DNA of 64,000 bases. Source: Lama glama. Taxonomy: Eukaryota. Each line of letters starts with the position of its first letter. Position 1 is the first letter of the stretch. A program made the translations under genes and the position numbers. The notes beneath the pieces were generated by a model. That model was given only the letters and a program-made list of their open reading frames with translations. It ran no database searches and was not told the DNA's origin. Where the stretch lies: the NCBI GenBank assembly GCA_028534125.1, contig CM052817.1, positions 3,350,001-3,414,000 of the forward strand. The letters run 5' to 3'. Of the stretch, positions 1-12,610 are shown one piece after another.

Positions 1-4
1 CTGG

Positions 5-100
5 CTTTCTTTCTGTCTCCCTCCTTTCTGTCTCTGTCTCCTCTCTGTCTCTCTGTGTCTCTCTCTCTCCATCTCTCTGTCTCTGACTCTCTGTCTCTCC
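5..100. repeat. CT-rich microsatellite, (TCTCTG)n-like
   Basis: Degenerate tctgtctc/tctctg repeats at the window start. Confidence 0.85.
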
Positions 101-851
101 CTGGCTGTCACACACAGACACACCCCCAGGCACCTGCACCACCAGTGGGGCCTTCGTGCTGTGTGGCAGGCCCTCGGGTGACAGGCAGAGCTCCCAAGCT
201 CAGACCATCCACAGCCCCACAGCTGCCTCCTCACCTCCATGGCCTCAGCTCCAGCCTCGCCCCCTCCCTGCCTCACCCCCAGCCGCCTGTCTGGGCTCCC
301 TGCCTCCATCTGGCCTTCTCACTCCTTGCAGCCCTGGGCCTGGGCCTGGGCCTCACAAGTCCGAGCCGGCCTGCTCCTGCTCTCAGCTCCTCCATGGCTC
401 CCACTGACTGGGGACAAAGCCCAACTCCCCGCAGCGATGGTTCAGGCTCTGCCCAACCCAGCTTGGTCACAGGCAGCTGTGGTCAGGGCTCAGCCGTCCA
501 CACCTTGGACTTCGTCCTGCTCTGCGGGCCCACAGCTTCTGTTCCAGCCGGGGTGTTGGATGTGCTGGGGCTCAGTCCCCTCACTGGCCTACACTCCGGG
601 GTGGGGACAGACGGGCCTGAGGGCTGGGGAGTCCTAACGCCCTGCACTGGGCCCACACACAGGAGTGCCCTGTGGATATCTGTGGGTGCGTGGATCTGGA
701 CACCACCTCCCCTGGTCCTATAGGGAAATTGAGGCCCAGTGCGGCGCTGGCTCTGCCTCAGAGCTCCCTGCTGGTAGGTGGCGGGGCCTCCCAGCCTCCG
801 GGCCAGGCTGCCTCTTCTGCTGAAGACCTGGATCTGGGCGCCAGGTCACTG

Positions 852-1040
852 CATTCATTCAGTCACCCACTCATTCCTTCATTCACTCATTCATTCCCTC
901 CCTCACTCATTCACTCACTCACACGCTCACTCTGTGGCTGATGGACACCCCTAGGTGCCAGGCCCCTCCAGATGCTGGAACCATGGACAGCAGACAGGAG
1001 CGCCCTGGCTGACCAGGGACGTGCATGTGTTGTGGGAGAA
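852..1040 (-). mobile_element. (TCAT/TCAC)n tract with adjacent L2 3'-end remnant
   Basis: cattcattcagtcacccactcattccttcattcactcattcattc... followed by ctaggtgccaggccc...gatgctgga, typical of an antisense L2 tail. Confidence 0.55.
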
Positions 1041-2130
1041 GCGGCCACAGCTTGGCTCATTAAGCCAAGGCCATGCAGCTGTGGTGAGAGGGGCTCAGCG
1101 GGGTGAGGGTCTCCTGACTGTGACTAGCAGTGGGTGCTGGGGGACCCTCACATGGTGCAGGAGGCCTGGGTGTGCAGGAGCAGTGAACCAGGCTGCTCCT
1201 GAGCAGGCACAACGAGGAGACAGTCTCACCTGAAGCCTGACCACTACGGGAACCCCAGGGGCCCAGGAAAGGGCCAGGGAGCAGAGGCCAAGGCTGCTCC
1301 CCCGTTTCAGCTGTGGTGGAGGCGGTCCCTCTGGTTTCTCTAATCCCTCCCCTTGGCTGGGGGGTAGCACCCACCAGCATGACCCCGGGGAACCCAACTT
1401 CACCAGTGGCTCTCACAAGCCAGATAAGACCCTCCATCAAATCCCCCAGACACAGACGAGGACCCTGAGGCCAGGGAGGGCAGCATGCCTGAGGTCACAT
1501 CCGGTCCGCAGATCCAGGACAAGAGCCCAGGTCTCGCAGCCTCCGCAGGCCCAGCCCACATCCCCCGTAGGACCCTCCATCACCGCCAACAGGAAGATGC
1601 AGCTGCCCCACGCGTCCCGTGGGCCCCATTCTTTGGGTTGTTTGAAGGGTAAAAAGGAGAGCAAATGGTATTTGTTTAACTAATTTCAAGGCTCAGGAAT
1701 TTCCAGATGTTCCCCCAGGTCCTGCCCCTCCGCAACTGGCCCCAGGTGCCTTTCTCACAAACTTCCCTCTGGGGGACAGAGGGCGGCTCCCTCGGGGATC
1801 CCTGGGTGTGGTGGAATTTCTGGCTGTCAAGGGCCCCCAGGGAGGAGGCCGTCAGATTCCTGGAAAACTGGAGCGATTTTCTAGGCCAAAAGCCTCCAGA
1901 GTCAACACAGAAGCCACCTGAGAAGCTTGACCTCTGGGCCCAGCTGAGGAAGAGGATGTCGGGGAGGCTCCAGGGGGCCGAGCAAGGAGCCAGCCCACCT
2001 CCTGGAGCACCAAAGGCTTCATGAGTAGAGGGATGAATCAGTGAATCAATGAACGAACAAATGACAACTTCCGACATTTACTGAACACTGCACCACGTAC
2101 ATCACCTATTGGAGCAAAACTCCATGTTTC

Positions 2131-2310
2131 GAAGCCCACCTTCCACATACATGGATTAATTGACTTGGGAATTGTGCATCGATCCCTCCATGGAAAACAG
2201 AACCTTTTCCAGGATGGGATTAACAAACAAAGAGAAGTGACCGAATCTAAGATGATGGCTGTGCACACACTGGCTGAACTTGCAAAGAGTGGCCGAACCT
2301 CTCTGAGCCT
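2131..2310 (+). repeat. Dispersed direct repeat, copy 1 (~180 bp)
   Basis: Aligns without gaps to 3309-3488 (offset 1178). Positions 2181-2283 are identical to 3359-3461. Confidence 0.95.
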
Positions 2311-2749
2311 TACAGCAACCTCCCGAGGGGGAATCATCACCCCGAGATGTCAGCACAGCGCCACCTGGAAACTTGCCCCAGGTCACCCACAGGTGGGCGG
2401 CAAAGCAAGGATGTGCACCTCGGTCTGTCTGTATGAGCTCTACGCGGCACTACTGTGCACTTGCTGGGGAGGGGAGGGCAAGGAAGGAGGGACGCAAAAA
2501 TCTTCTTCTGAATACATGAACTTGAAGTCCAATCCTTCTCTCGACCTGGCTGGCACCGGGCTCTGGAGCACACCTTGGCCACATCTAGTGACTCAGGAGA
2601 TGCTCTGGGCTCCGAGCAGCAGTCCTGCCTCCAGAAGACCACACCTGAGATTCTGGGTGGCTTACGCAGACGCCCCGGGAGACTCACACAAAGCTGTTGG
2701 CTGTGGGACTGGCCAAAATAGCAAAAAGGAAAATAAAAGTGGGAGGAGC

Positions 2750-3110
2750 AAAACACAGTGTCCCTCTGAAAGGAAACAGATCAGCTGCGGCTTATCCATA
2801 CAATGGAATCCCACCTGTCAACGGGGATTCATTTCACAAACATAGCGCGGAGTGAACAAAGCCAGCCGCAAGCAGAGACATCCAGCACGGACCAGTCGTG
2901 TAGATCTGGGGCACACGACACCATGGCATCCTTTATTTATGAACACAGATGGGGGCAGTGAAAGCAGGAGAACACGGATGAGAATGGAACACATCGGGGG
3001 GAGAGTGGAGGTCCCGTGGAGGAGCGATGCCTCCGCTGTGTCTGCAATGCTTCACTTCTTTGCACATTCTGTGACACACATACAAGATGTTAACATCCGC
3101 CTAATGTCCC
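2750..3110 (+). mobile_element. Ancient L1M (L1ME-like) 3' fragment
   Basis: tatccatacaatggaat...aaacatag...gagtgaacaaagccag motif typical of old L1 3' regions. Highly diverged. Confidence 0.5.
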
Positions 3111-3308
3111 TGGATAAATAGGGGTAGGTTTCCTTGGTTCCATGGCCTGAACCCTTTGGTGATTGCCATGTTTTCATGTTAGGATCCATCCCTGATGGCA
3201 GCAGCAGCATCCTGGCAGGTGGCAGGAGCCGGGGCTCCTGTCCTGAGCCTGCTTCCTTGGCCACAGAGCCTGGAGGACCCCAGACGCTGACCCTGACCGC
3301 CACGTGCT

Positions 3309-3488
3309 GAAGCCCACCTTCTGCGTACGTGGATTAATTGACTTGGAAACTGTGTACTGATCCCTCCATGGAAAACAGAACCTTTTCCAGGATGGGATTA
3401 ACAAACAAAGAGAAGTGACCGAATCTAAGATGATGGCTGTGCACACACTGGCTGAACTTGCGGAGAGTGGCTGAACCTCTCTGACCCT
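3309..3488 (+). repeat. Dispersed direct repeat, copy 2 (runs on into a MIR remnant)
   Basis: See copy 1. Continues as aacctctctgaccctcagtgtgctcgtctgtggaatggg, a MIR core-like sequence. Confidence 0.95.
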
Positions 3489-4532
3489 CAGTGTGCTCGT
3501 CTGTGGAATGGGTGAGTATGGGCACTGTGATACTGCCCCACAAGGTCACCCTGGAGCAGGAGTGATCTTATTTAAGGGCTGGGCAGTGAGCACAGGGCCC
3601 TGTGTGTTCTAACTGACCAGTAAAAGGGAAGACAAGCCATCGTGAGGAGGGTGTCTCACGAGCCAGAGCCCTGGGGACAGCAGACCCCGACAGTGAGCAC
3701 TGTCCACCCAGCAGCTGCTCCGGGGGCCCAGAAAAGGGGCCTCTCAGCCTGACACCTCCATCCAGGCATGTCAGCTGCTTCACACACTCCCACCCGAGTC
3801 TTCCAAAATAGAATGAGACCCTCTCCCTGGTCTGGGAGCAGCTCGGGACAGGGCAGAGCAGCGGCCAGCGGCCCTTCAGCCAGTAGAGGAAGCTGCCTCG
3901 TCTCCCCTCTAAGGAGGGGTCTTCTGGCCCCTGGTGAGCCAGGCCCGTGTCCCCCCAGCCAGGTCCAGTCTCCCAGGAGAGCTCAAGCCTGTCCAGCCCA
4001 GCCCCACCAGAGCAAGGCCCTCCTGGCCCCCCAGTGCCCTGCCAGGCCGTCTGGACGGAGGAGTACAGAACGATCTGAATCAGGGAGACTGGGCCCAGGC
4101 CTGGGAGCCTTTGCCAAGGTCCTCTCAGAGGCCAGGAGAACTCGACCCCTGTCCGCTGGGCTGCCCTGGGAGCCAAAGAACCCAGTGTGTGGGGAGACGC
4201 AGGAGGGTACAGTGTCCCCAGGGGGCCAAAGCCGCAGGGCCTGGGGACTCAGAAGGTGGCTTGCCTGGTTGGAACCTCGGCCTCAGCTGTCACTAGTTCT
4301 GTGGCCAGCAAGTTCTGAAACCACACGATCTCACCTTAAGACGGAGCAGGCCCAGTGCCTCCCTCTGGGCTGGGCGGGGGGATTACCTGGGGGCGGACTG
4401 GGTGGGCTCTGCCCGGCACCCGGCACAGGTGGACCCCCCACCACTCTGCGGGCGGGATGGAGGGCTGGGGGCCGGGGCCCTGCAGCATCCCCGGCCGCAC
4501 CCTCAATATCTATAAATACCAATGGCAGTGGC

Positions 4533-4990
4533 TGTGATGGGTTGAACTGGCCCCCCCACCAGATTCACATATTGAAGTCCCAACCCCTAGTGCCTTAGAG
4601 TGGGGCCATATTGGGAAACAGGGTTGTGGTAGACAGAACTGTTAAATGAGGTCCCACTGGAGCAGTGTAAGCCCCTAGTCCAACATGACTGGTGTCCTTA
4701 CGAAAAGGAGTAAATGTGGACACAGACAGGCACCCAGCAAGGAGATCGTGTGACGAGAGAGACAGAGGTCGGGGCGACGCTTCCACCAGCTGGGGAACAC
4801 CAAGGATCGCCAGCAAACCCCAGAAGCTGGGCGAGAGGCTGGGACGGCTTGTCCCTAGATCCGCCAGAAGGAACAGAGCTTGCAGACACCCTGGGCTCAG
4901 ACCTTCGGCCCGCAGAACTGGGAGACCACAGACCACTGCTGTTCAGCACCTGGTCTGGTGCTTTGTTACGCGGCCCAGGGAACTAAGCCA
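4533..4990 (+). mobile_element. MLT1 (MLT1C-like) ERVL-MaLR solo LTR
   Basis: TGTGATGGGTTGAACTG start, atgactggtgtcctta...aaaagg, ggaacaccaaggatcgccagcaaac, cagaactgggagac and tttgttac...ggaactaa end. Confidence 0.85.
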
Positions 4991-5839
4991 GGGACTGAGG
5001 GAGAGGAGGCTAAAGCCGCACAAGCTCCGGGCTGGGTTCAGGTGAGAGAAATCAGGTCCCCCTGGGGGCTGGTCACCCCACAGTCCCAGGGTGGGGTGGG
5101 TGGGAGTTGGACCCTTCCCTCTGGGACGCTGGTGAATCACTTGGTTAGAGGAGGAAACAGGGCTCTCTTTCCCTTCCCTTCCCTTCCGCACCTGCCTCCA
5201 TCCTGCAGCCTTCGACCCCCGGTGTGTCCCCTTCCGAGAGCCCCAGCGCTCCTCCCCAGCACCCCTCAGCCCACGTGATCGGCTGCCGTGCCCCTCATGG
5301 GGGTGGCCAGCACCCTCCCGACACACCCAGGACAGTCAAATCTTTAAATCCTTCCCACGCCCACCTCGCCCCCAGTCCTGGCTCCTTTCCCTGGTTGCCC
5401 AGCATGTTCTCAACCTCGGAACCTCAAAGACCACCCAGAGGCTGCGACCTCAACACTTTCACCCCCGCCTGGACCTCCTTGTTGAGCCCCGATGGCCTGT
5501 CCCTCTCTCACCCTGGTCACCTCTCTTCTGAGGTCACCATTGGCTTTCCCCCAAACCACTCCCTCCTGCTGGGATGAAGGCCGGCACCCGCGGGCCCATC
5601 ATGCAAGCCTGGGCATCCCCTCGTCCCCTGCTCCCCCGTCTCACCACCTGCAGTGACAGCCGGTCCTCAGTGCCCCTCCCTCATCCTCCTCCACACCATG
5701 CCCTAGATCAGGCATCTGCCCCTCACCTGGATGTTACAACAGGCCAGGCCAACAGGTCTGTCTGCCTGAAGCTCCCTCCCCCAGACCAGCTTCCCAGGCA
5801 CTCAGGTCAGACATCTGCCTGGTCCCTGACCCCCCTCAC

Positions 5840-6340
5840 GTTCCACATTCAAACACGCAGTATATTCCATTGGCTCTTACTACAAACATGCGGAATCCAG
5901 AGCCACGACCCACCCTGCCTCTCGGGCCCTCACCTGGGTCTCACCTGGATTCCTGCAGCAACCTCCAACTCCTCCTGATCAGCTCTCCCTGCTTCCATCC
6001 CCAGCCTCCTTGCTATTCCTGCACCCACCTGCCACAGGGCCTTTGCACAGGCCAGTCCCTCTAGAGCACACGTCCCCTGGACACCTACCTGGCTCTTACC
6101 CAGGTTGAGTTTTCACCCAAATATTGTTGCAGGCAGACCACCCCCACCGATGATCCCACCCCACCCCTAATTTCTCTCCCTCTCACTCACCTTCCCCATC
6201 TTATAACACCTACTTATGTATTATCATTGTTTAATTTCTTCTTCCTCCCACGAGTACCAGGAGCACAGCATTTCCTGTTTAACTAATTCAAATTAGAACA
6301 GCACTCAGGACAGAGCAGGGGATCAGTAAAGCACTGCTGA
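5840..6340 (+). mobile_element. L2 remnant
   Basis: cacctggattcctgcagcaacctccaact, cagggcctttgcac, ttataacacctacttatgtattat and agaacagcact motifs of L2 3' regions. Confidence 0.5.
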
Positions 6341-7231
6341 ACACATATAGGAAAGCGAAGCTAAACAGAGCCGGTGCGGGCCGCCTGCCCCTTGGAGATG
6401 GCTGTCTTTCCTCTTCTAAGCGCAAGGAGAACTCTGCCCACATCACCTGCCTGCTCCCTTCGCCCAGGGAGATGAGATAACCTACATTGCCTGCTGGGAG
6501 GGCCCTGCCAGCTCTCCCAGGAGCTCTCCCACAGCCGCCCCCTGGGCTGGGCAGGCGAGCGGGCCTTGTTACGTTAAGACAATCCTGGAGCTGGAGCCTG
6601 GCCTGGGAAGGTGGGGCATGCCCCGCACAGGGAGGTGCGTGGGGAAAGCACCCATGTGCGCTTTCAGATGTGCCGGGGGGATCTCCAGACTCGGCCGGAG
6701 GTGGCACAGGACCACCCAAGGCGCTGGGCACAGGGAGACAGTCAGCCCACGCCGGCATCCTGAGCCCCAGTGGGGTCTCCGGGCTCCGGAGGCTTGTATG
6801 TCTAAGCCCTGGACCTCAGAGTCCCTGCGCCTCGGGTCTGTGCCCCTAAGCTTCCTGGCTTCTCTGGTCTCTGGTCTTAACGCCCGAATCACTGGAGGAC
6901 TATAGCTTCACAGCCTTAAGACAGGGCCCCTAAGTGGCTGGAACTGGGGGCCAGCGTGGCTGGAAGGCCCAGTGCCTCCCAGGGCTTTCGGGTTGCAGGG
7001 ACCAGGAACGCTAAGGCCTGTGTGTCCCGGAGCTGAGGTCCAAACCCTCTGAGACTTGCCTTGTGCTGAGAAGAGCTTTACAAACAGCACTCAGGGGCCG
7101 GCACGTGGCAGGTGCCCCACCAACACCCAGGTGCTTGGCCCAGACCCGAGATGCTCTCCACGCAGGGGTGGGCTCTCCAACCCAGGCTGTCCAAGTTTAA
7201 AGGTCAGGGTCAGCAGGCCAGAATCCTCTGC

Positions 7232-7640
7232 TGAGGATGGGATGAATCATGTCCCTTAAACGACAGGCTTGAAGTCCTAACTCCTGGGACCTATGACTGT
7301 GACCTTATTTTGGAAATAAGATCCTTGTGGATGTAACTGGTTAAGACAAGGTCACACTACATTAGAATGGGCCCTAATCCAATGACTAATGTCCTTATAA
7401 GAAGAGGAAATCTGGATACAGAGAGACACAGGGAGAAGGCCACGTGAAGACGGGGGCAGAGGCTGGAGGGACGCTGCCCCAATCCCAGGGACACCAAGGC
7501 TTACTGGCCACCACCAGGACAAGGCAAGGGAGGAAGGGCCCTCCCCTAGAGCTCGGCCTTCCCAGCACCGCGATGTCAGACTCTGGCCTCCAGAGCTGGC
7601 ATTGCCTGGGGGGCAGTCTCTTCCCTCTGTTGTTACCATG
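7232..7640 (+). mobile_element. MLT1 (MLT1B/C-like) LTR
   Basis: tgaagtcctaactcc...tgtgaccttattttggaaataag...gggccctaatccaatgactaatgtccttataagaagaggaaa...gaaggccacgtgaagac...ggcctccagagctg. Confidence 0.88.
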
Positions 7641-9439
7641 AAGCCGAGACCTCAAGGTGGACCTCGGAGGGCAGCCATTCCCAGGTGGGGAGTCAGGTTC
7701 AGCTGGAGCAGGAAGTGCTCAGGGCCCCCGCCCACATCACACATCCGTGAAATGATGATCACTCTGTAGCCAGCAACTCCCTGCGAACCCTACGCCTCCA
7801 CCCCTCCAGGAGCACCTGTGTCTCAGCACGAGGGGAGGAGGGCAGATGGTGCTGCTCCGGGCTCGGCCGACTTGTCCGTCCAGCTCCTCTCTGGGGCTCG
7901 GGGGTGAAGTCTGATCCTCACCAACCCTGTGTTCAGCGGATGCTCTGATTGGACCCTCCCGGCATCTCCTCATCTCAGCCCCGCTCAGGAATCCCATGGC
8001 CCCCGCTCCTGCCCCTTAACTCTTCCAGGCTCACCCACGCACCCACACCTGTTGGGTCAGGTTTGAGTCCTGGCCTCCCACTTGGCTCCCTGGCAACCCT
8101 CACCTCGCCTTGGCCGCCTCCACTCACTGCCTGGCTCTGCCAGGCCACCCTCGGCCGCTGTGATGCAGACCCCAGGTCTGGCTGCGGGGCCAGGGCTTGG
8201 CTCCCCGGGGTCTCTGGTGGGCTGGGTGCTTTCCTGGAGGAGGCTGTGACCCTGGCCTTGGGCTACCTGCCCACACCCCTCACCTGAGTGCCCTCTCTCC
8301 CCCAGACCTCACAAAGATGGTACCTGGATAAATCCTACCTCGACCTTCTCAGAAGCAACAAATGCCTCTTCTGCGGAGCTCAGTGGCTCAGGAGGCCTGT
8401 CCGGCCTCACTCTCAGAGGTGCTGGCTGGCCTCCCCGACCGCGGTGCACACCCCCACCACCTCTGCCCCTGCCCTGCCTCCCGCCTGGGGTGCCTCCCCT
8501 GGGTGCCCACTTCATCCAAGCGCTGCGCTTGCACCAGCTTCCCAGGGAGACCCGGGGGCCACCGGGCCTGGAGAGCACCCGCTCCTCCAGCCCGCATCCG
8601 CCCTCTTCCTGCTCCACGCCACAGAACCCATTCCCACCTGGCCTCAGCCGGGCCGGTCTGTTCCCAGGACCTGAACGTCGGCCCCTCCTCCCTCCCCAGT
8701 GAGCCCCAGATCATAGCAGGGGCGGCAAAAATACGCGGGAAATGAGCAACTGCGCGGATCCCACTCTTGGCCGGGTGGTGCAGGGGGTCCTGGGCAGGGA
8801 CAGGAGTGTCACCCAGAAGAGGCAGGGAGGGCAGAGAGGGACAGTGGGCCGCCCTGGGGGAGAGCATCAGTATCAGCCCCAGGCAGGGCCCAGCAGGATG
8901 AAGGGAAGGGCCAGGAGGTCGGAGAAGCTGGCGCGCCTGTGCTCAGAGTGCAGAGCAGGCCACGAGCCCTGCCGGGCTGGAGCCCCTGCCACTCTGTGTG
9001 GACAGAAGAGTGAGCAGCTGTCACCGTGTACCCAGGCAGCTCCTTCCCACCCACACAGCAGGGCGGCCTCGGGAACTGATGGTGAAATGCGGGCCTGAGG
9101 GCCGGGCAGAGTGCTGAGAAATGGGCCGTGTCTTCTGTGTTCTGTGGAATCAGAATCCTCCTGGTTCCCTCCCTCTCCGAGCTGGGCCTCCGAGCAAGGG
9201 GTCAGCAGCTTCTTCCTCACCTCCTCTGCTTCCCTTCCCTGACCCTGGCTCCACATAAGGGTCCCACCCACAAAATGCTACCTCCCATCCCACTGGGACC
9301 AGACTTGTCTTTACTTGGGAAGAAAAAATAAACAACTTCCAGATAGATTTTTTTTAAACAAATGGAATTTATAAAAAAAAATACAGCAAATGCTGCCTTT
9401 TGTTAAACGGTGGGTGGTAGGCAGACACACAGTGTGTCA

Positions 9440-11220
9440 TTTCTGGCATTTTCTGTGGGGAGAAATCGGGGTAATGTGGAGCAACACTGCTGGGGTGACA
9501 CGGCCTCGTGCCGCCACGCCAGTGCCACCTCCGCCTGCAGGGCCCCCCCAGCAGTACTGTCCTATGTGCCCACCCAACAGAGACGCCCACTCTGTCCCAA
9601 GAATGTACAGAGCAGCAATTAGCGCTCAAACGACTCCAGACTGGAAGTGCCCGATGCCAGCCACAGTGATAAGGAGACTGCGGCAGATGGCACAGGGGAC
9701 TCTGCCCAGCGGCGAGGTGCCGGGAGCTGCGGGGATGGCAGGGCTGGCTCTCGGAAGGACAGTGAAAGCAGCAGACCCTGGGAGAGCCCAGCACCGATTC
9801 CACTGCTGCCTGCTCAGAAACAGGTGAGACTGATCTACAGTGAGGAAGACCAGACAAGCACTCACTCTGGCTGAGGGGTGATGGGGACAGGGCACAGGAG
9901 CCTTCTGCCTCTCTACGGGTGTATTTGTCAGAAAACACTGCATTGCACAGTTATAAGGTGTCCATTTTGCTACACGTAAATTTTATCAGTAGGATAAAGA
10001 CAAATGTATACAAATGCAGAAGTCTAGTTAGTAGGTTTTACTTTTCACAGTGGCAGGTGTTAGATTTTCTGAAACTACATTTTTATATTTTAGGGTTCAG
10101 CAAATGAGTGAGTATGTTAAGGTTAATGGGAGCCAAGCTCCTCACTGTTGGGCAAGGGAATTAAAAATACGGAAAAGGAGAAAACTAGACTGTTGCCTAA
10201 GCTGCCATTATCTAATGATCAAAGTGAACTCACAGTCTTATGAAGACATATGGCAGACGGTTGCTGTGCTACATGCACGTGTGTCCACATGTATGTGCAG
10301 ATCTGTTTCTACATCTGTGAGTGTCTACTTCTCTACTTCTGTGTGAACACAGCCTCTCTCCCTCTCTCTTCCTTTACCCCTGTCAGTAAGAGGTAAGGTG
10401 TTCGCTGCTCTGTTCACCGAGACGGCCTAGATGTAATGACACCACAGTAACAATGAGCACACCTAGCGTCTGGGTCTTGGTTTCTAAATACCATTGCCCT
10501 TGGCGAGCAGGCTGACTCCATGGCTGGTCCGAGGAAAGCAGCAGACGAGACCGGAACAAGTCTTGTGCCATTAAGTGCAGAAGCGCCCCAAGAATGGTGG
10601 ACACATGCCAGAAACACAGGCCAGCTCATCGGGCTGTGGGGGACGGGCACACCCGCTGTGGAAAGCCGTCTGTCAGTGTCTACTGGACACCTGCATGCTG
10701 ACCCCCACAATTCTGCTCCCCGAGAAAACCCAGCAGAGATGGGGAGACGCGTGCGTTGCTAGACATGCATAGAAATGTTTAGAGCAGCGTCACCCACGCT
10801 AGCCCCAACCCAGACGTGACTCAAATGACCACAGCGGGTAGGAGAGGTAAATAATGAATTCATCTGATGGATTCCACACAGAAATGAGAATGAAGCAGCG
10901 CAGACGAATCTCATAGGCACAATATTGCACCTAAGAAGCCAAAATAGTCTGATTGGGGCAGCGGGTTGGGGCAGGGGCGGGGGGGCGGGGCAGGGGACGG
11001 TGGGGGGCGGGGGGGCGGGGCAGGGGACGGTGGGGGGCGGGGCAGGGGCGGCTGGCAGGTGCGCGGGGCGGGGGGTGGGGGGGCTGCCCAGAATTGTCAG
11101 CTGTTCTGTCTGGATCTGGGTGTTGGCTCAGTTTGTGAATCTTCACTGAGCTGAGCACTTACAATCTGTGCTCTTTCCTGCTTACATGAAATATTTTAAT
11201 AAAAATTAAAAAATTAGAAA
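9440..11220 (+). mobile_element. Cluster of old L1 3' fragments (L1ME-like flanking an L1MD/L1MC3-like piece at ~10000-10575)
   Basis: taatgggagccaag, aatgacaccacagtaacaatgagcacacctagcg...tcttggtttctaaataccatt (L1MD/MC3-like), gacgaatctcataggcacaatattg, tggatctgggtg...tttgtgaatcttcactgagctg and an A-rich tail at ~11197-11220. Confidence 0.7.
10955..11083 (+). repeat. G-rich minisatellite with an exact 2 x 30-bp unit (GGGGGCGGGGCAGGGGACGGTGGGGGGCGG at 10981-11040)
   Basis: Directly visible, with more than a dozen runs of three or more G. Confidence 0.9.
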
Positions 11221-12610
11221 GTCCCAGAGAGAAGTCTCTTATATACTTCTTATAAAAAAAAAAAAACAGTTCAATGTCTCATCAGCAGGGAGAGCGCCCC
11301 GGGCCCCCGGGGCAGGCGGCGTCGCGGGGAGAGGACCAAGGCAGCAGTCCTGAGGGCCGAGCGGGGGGCCGGGCCGCCCGGCGGGGGCCTGCCACAGGCC
11401 TGCCCAAGCCTCGGGCAGGGCCTCCTGCTCGCTCAGCCCTGTGCCCGCAGTCCTCGTAGGATGAGAGTGGGTGCTCTGGAATTTCGGGCAATGTGCTGAG
11501 TGAAAAGCAAGTGCACGAAGAGGGTGTCGAAAGGAACCAAGCCCTGCCTTCCCCAGGCACCCACGCCCCCAGCTCCACCTCTGCGCCCAGGAGCAGCCAG
11601 CTGCCATCCCCGCACCTGAGTGCCCAGGGTCACCTCATCCCTAAGGCTGTCCCTCCTCTGGTCCAAAGGAACCACAGTCCCGGGGGTGGTGTGAAGAGCT
11701 CAGCACATCCCGTTTTCCATGTGCTCTTCCCAGCCCAGCCCACGACCCCAAAGGCGGACAGAACAGCCTAGTCTTGTTTCTCCACCGAGGCTGCTACAAT
11801 CTGGGGCCCAGGGCCTGACCCACATACCTGGGGGTGCAGTGGCCCCGCTGGACACTCAGAGCCCCAGAATCTGAGAGGGGGCACCATGCAAGGGGCTCAC
11901 ACCCTTGGGCTCCTGACCTGCCCACCCTGGGGAGCTCAGCAGGCATGCTGAGCCGCGTGGAAATCAGGCCACAGGTGAGGCTGGCTCCGGAACTCTCCAT
12001 CTCACAAACAGGATCCAACTCAGGACACCTGTGTGTATCTGCCCAGTGCTGATTCTCCCGCCTGATAATTGTTTTAAAGACTAAGGAAGAAAAATAATGA
12101 GATAACAAGTGACACGGGAATGAAACAATCTTTCTATCGACGGTGGACCAGCCCGCCGTCGGCCACGGTTCCTGAAGGAAGAAGCTGACTGGGCCCAGGA
12201 CCCGGTTTTCTGCCGGCTTTCCCACATGTGGCTGTCCGGGGAGGCGCTCCCATCACAGATGAAGACACAAAGGTGCCCCGCACAGCACCGCTGGCGAGTG
12301 CCAGGGCCAGGAACAGGGCCGGCCAGGCAGGCCACTTCAAGGCCGAGTACAGAAAATAGCAGCTTCAGTGGTTACCAGTCGTTAAAGTCACTTAATCTTC
12401 TGGCATGAAAAGGACAGAATGCCTTTTGTACCCCTCAGAGACTCAAAGTCCCCTCCAAGAGTCTCATATTCTAGGAGGGGACCCAGCCAGGAGAGCAAGT
12501 CAGGACAGGACAGTGAGCCCTGGGGAAGCTGCCGCTGCCCAGGAAGGAGGCAGGTGGGCTCCCAAGAAAGGGGTCTTTGAGCTGGGCGTTGAAAGATGGA
12601 TGAGTTTCCC

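Noticed and set aside
2038..3549. Pairs of ORFs sharing peptides such as CTAIILDSVTSLCLLIPSWKRFCFPWRD
   Set aside because: A by-product of the DNA duplication. Several frames share peptides equally, so there is no sign of coding selection.
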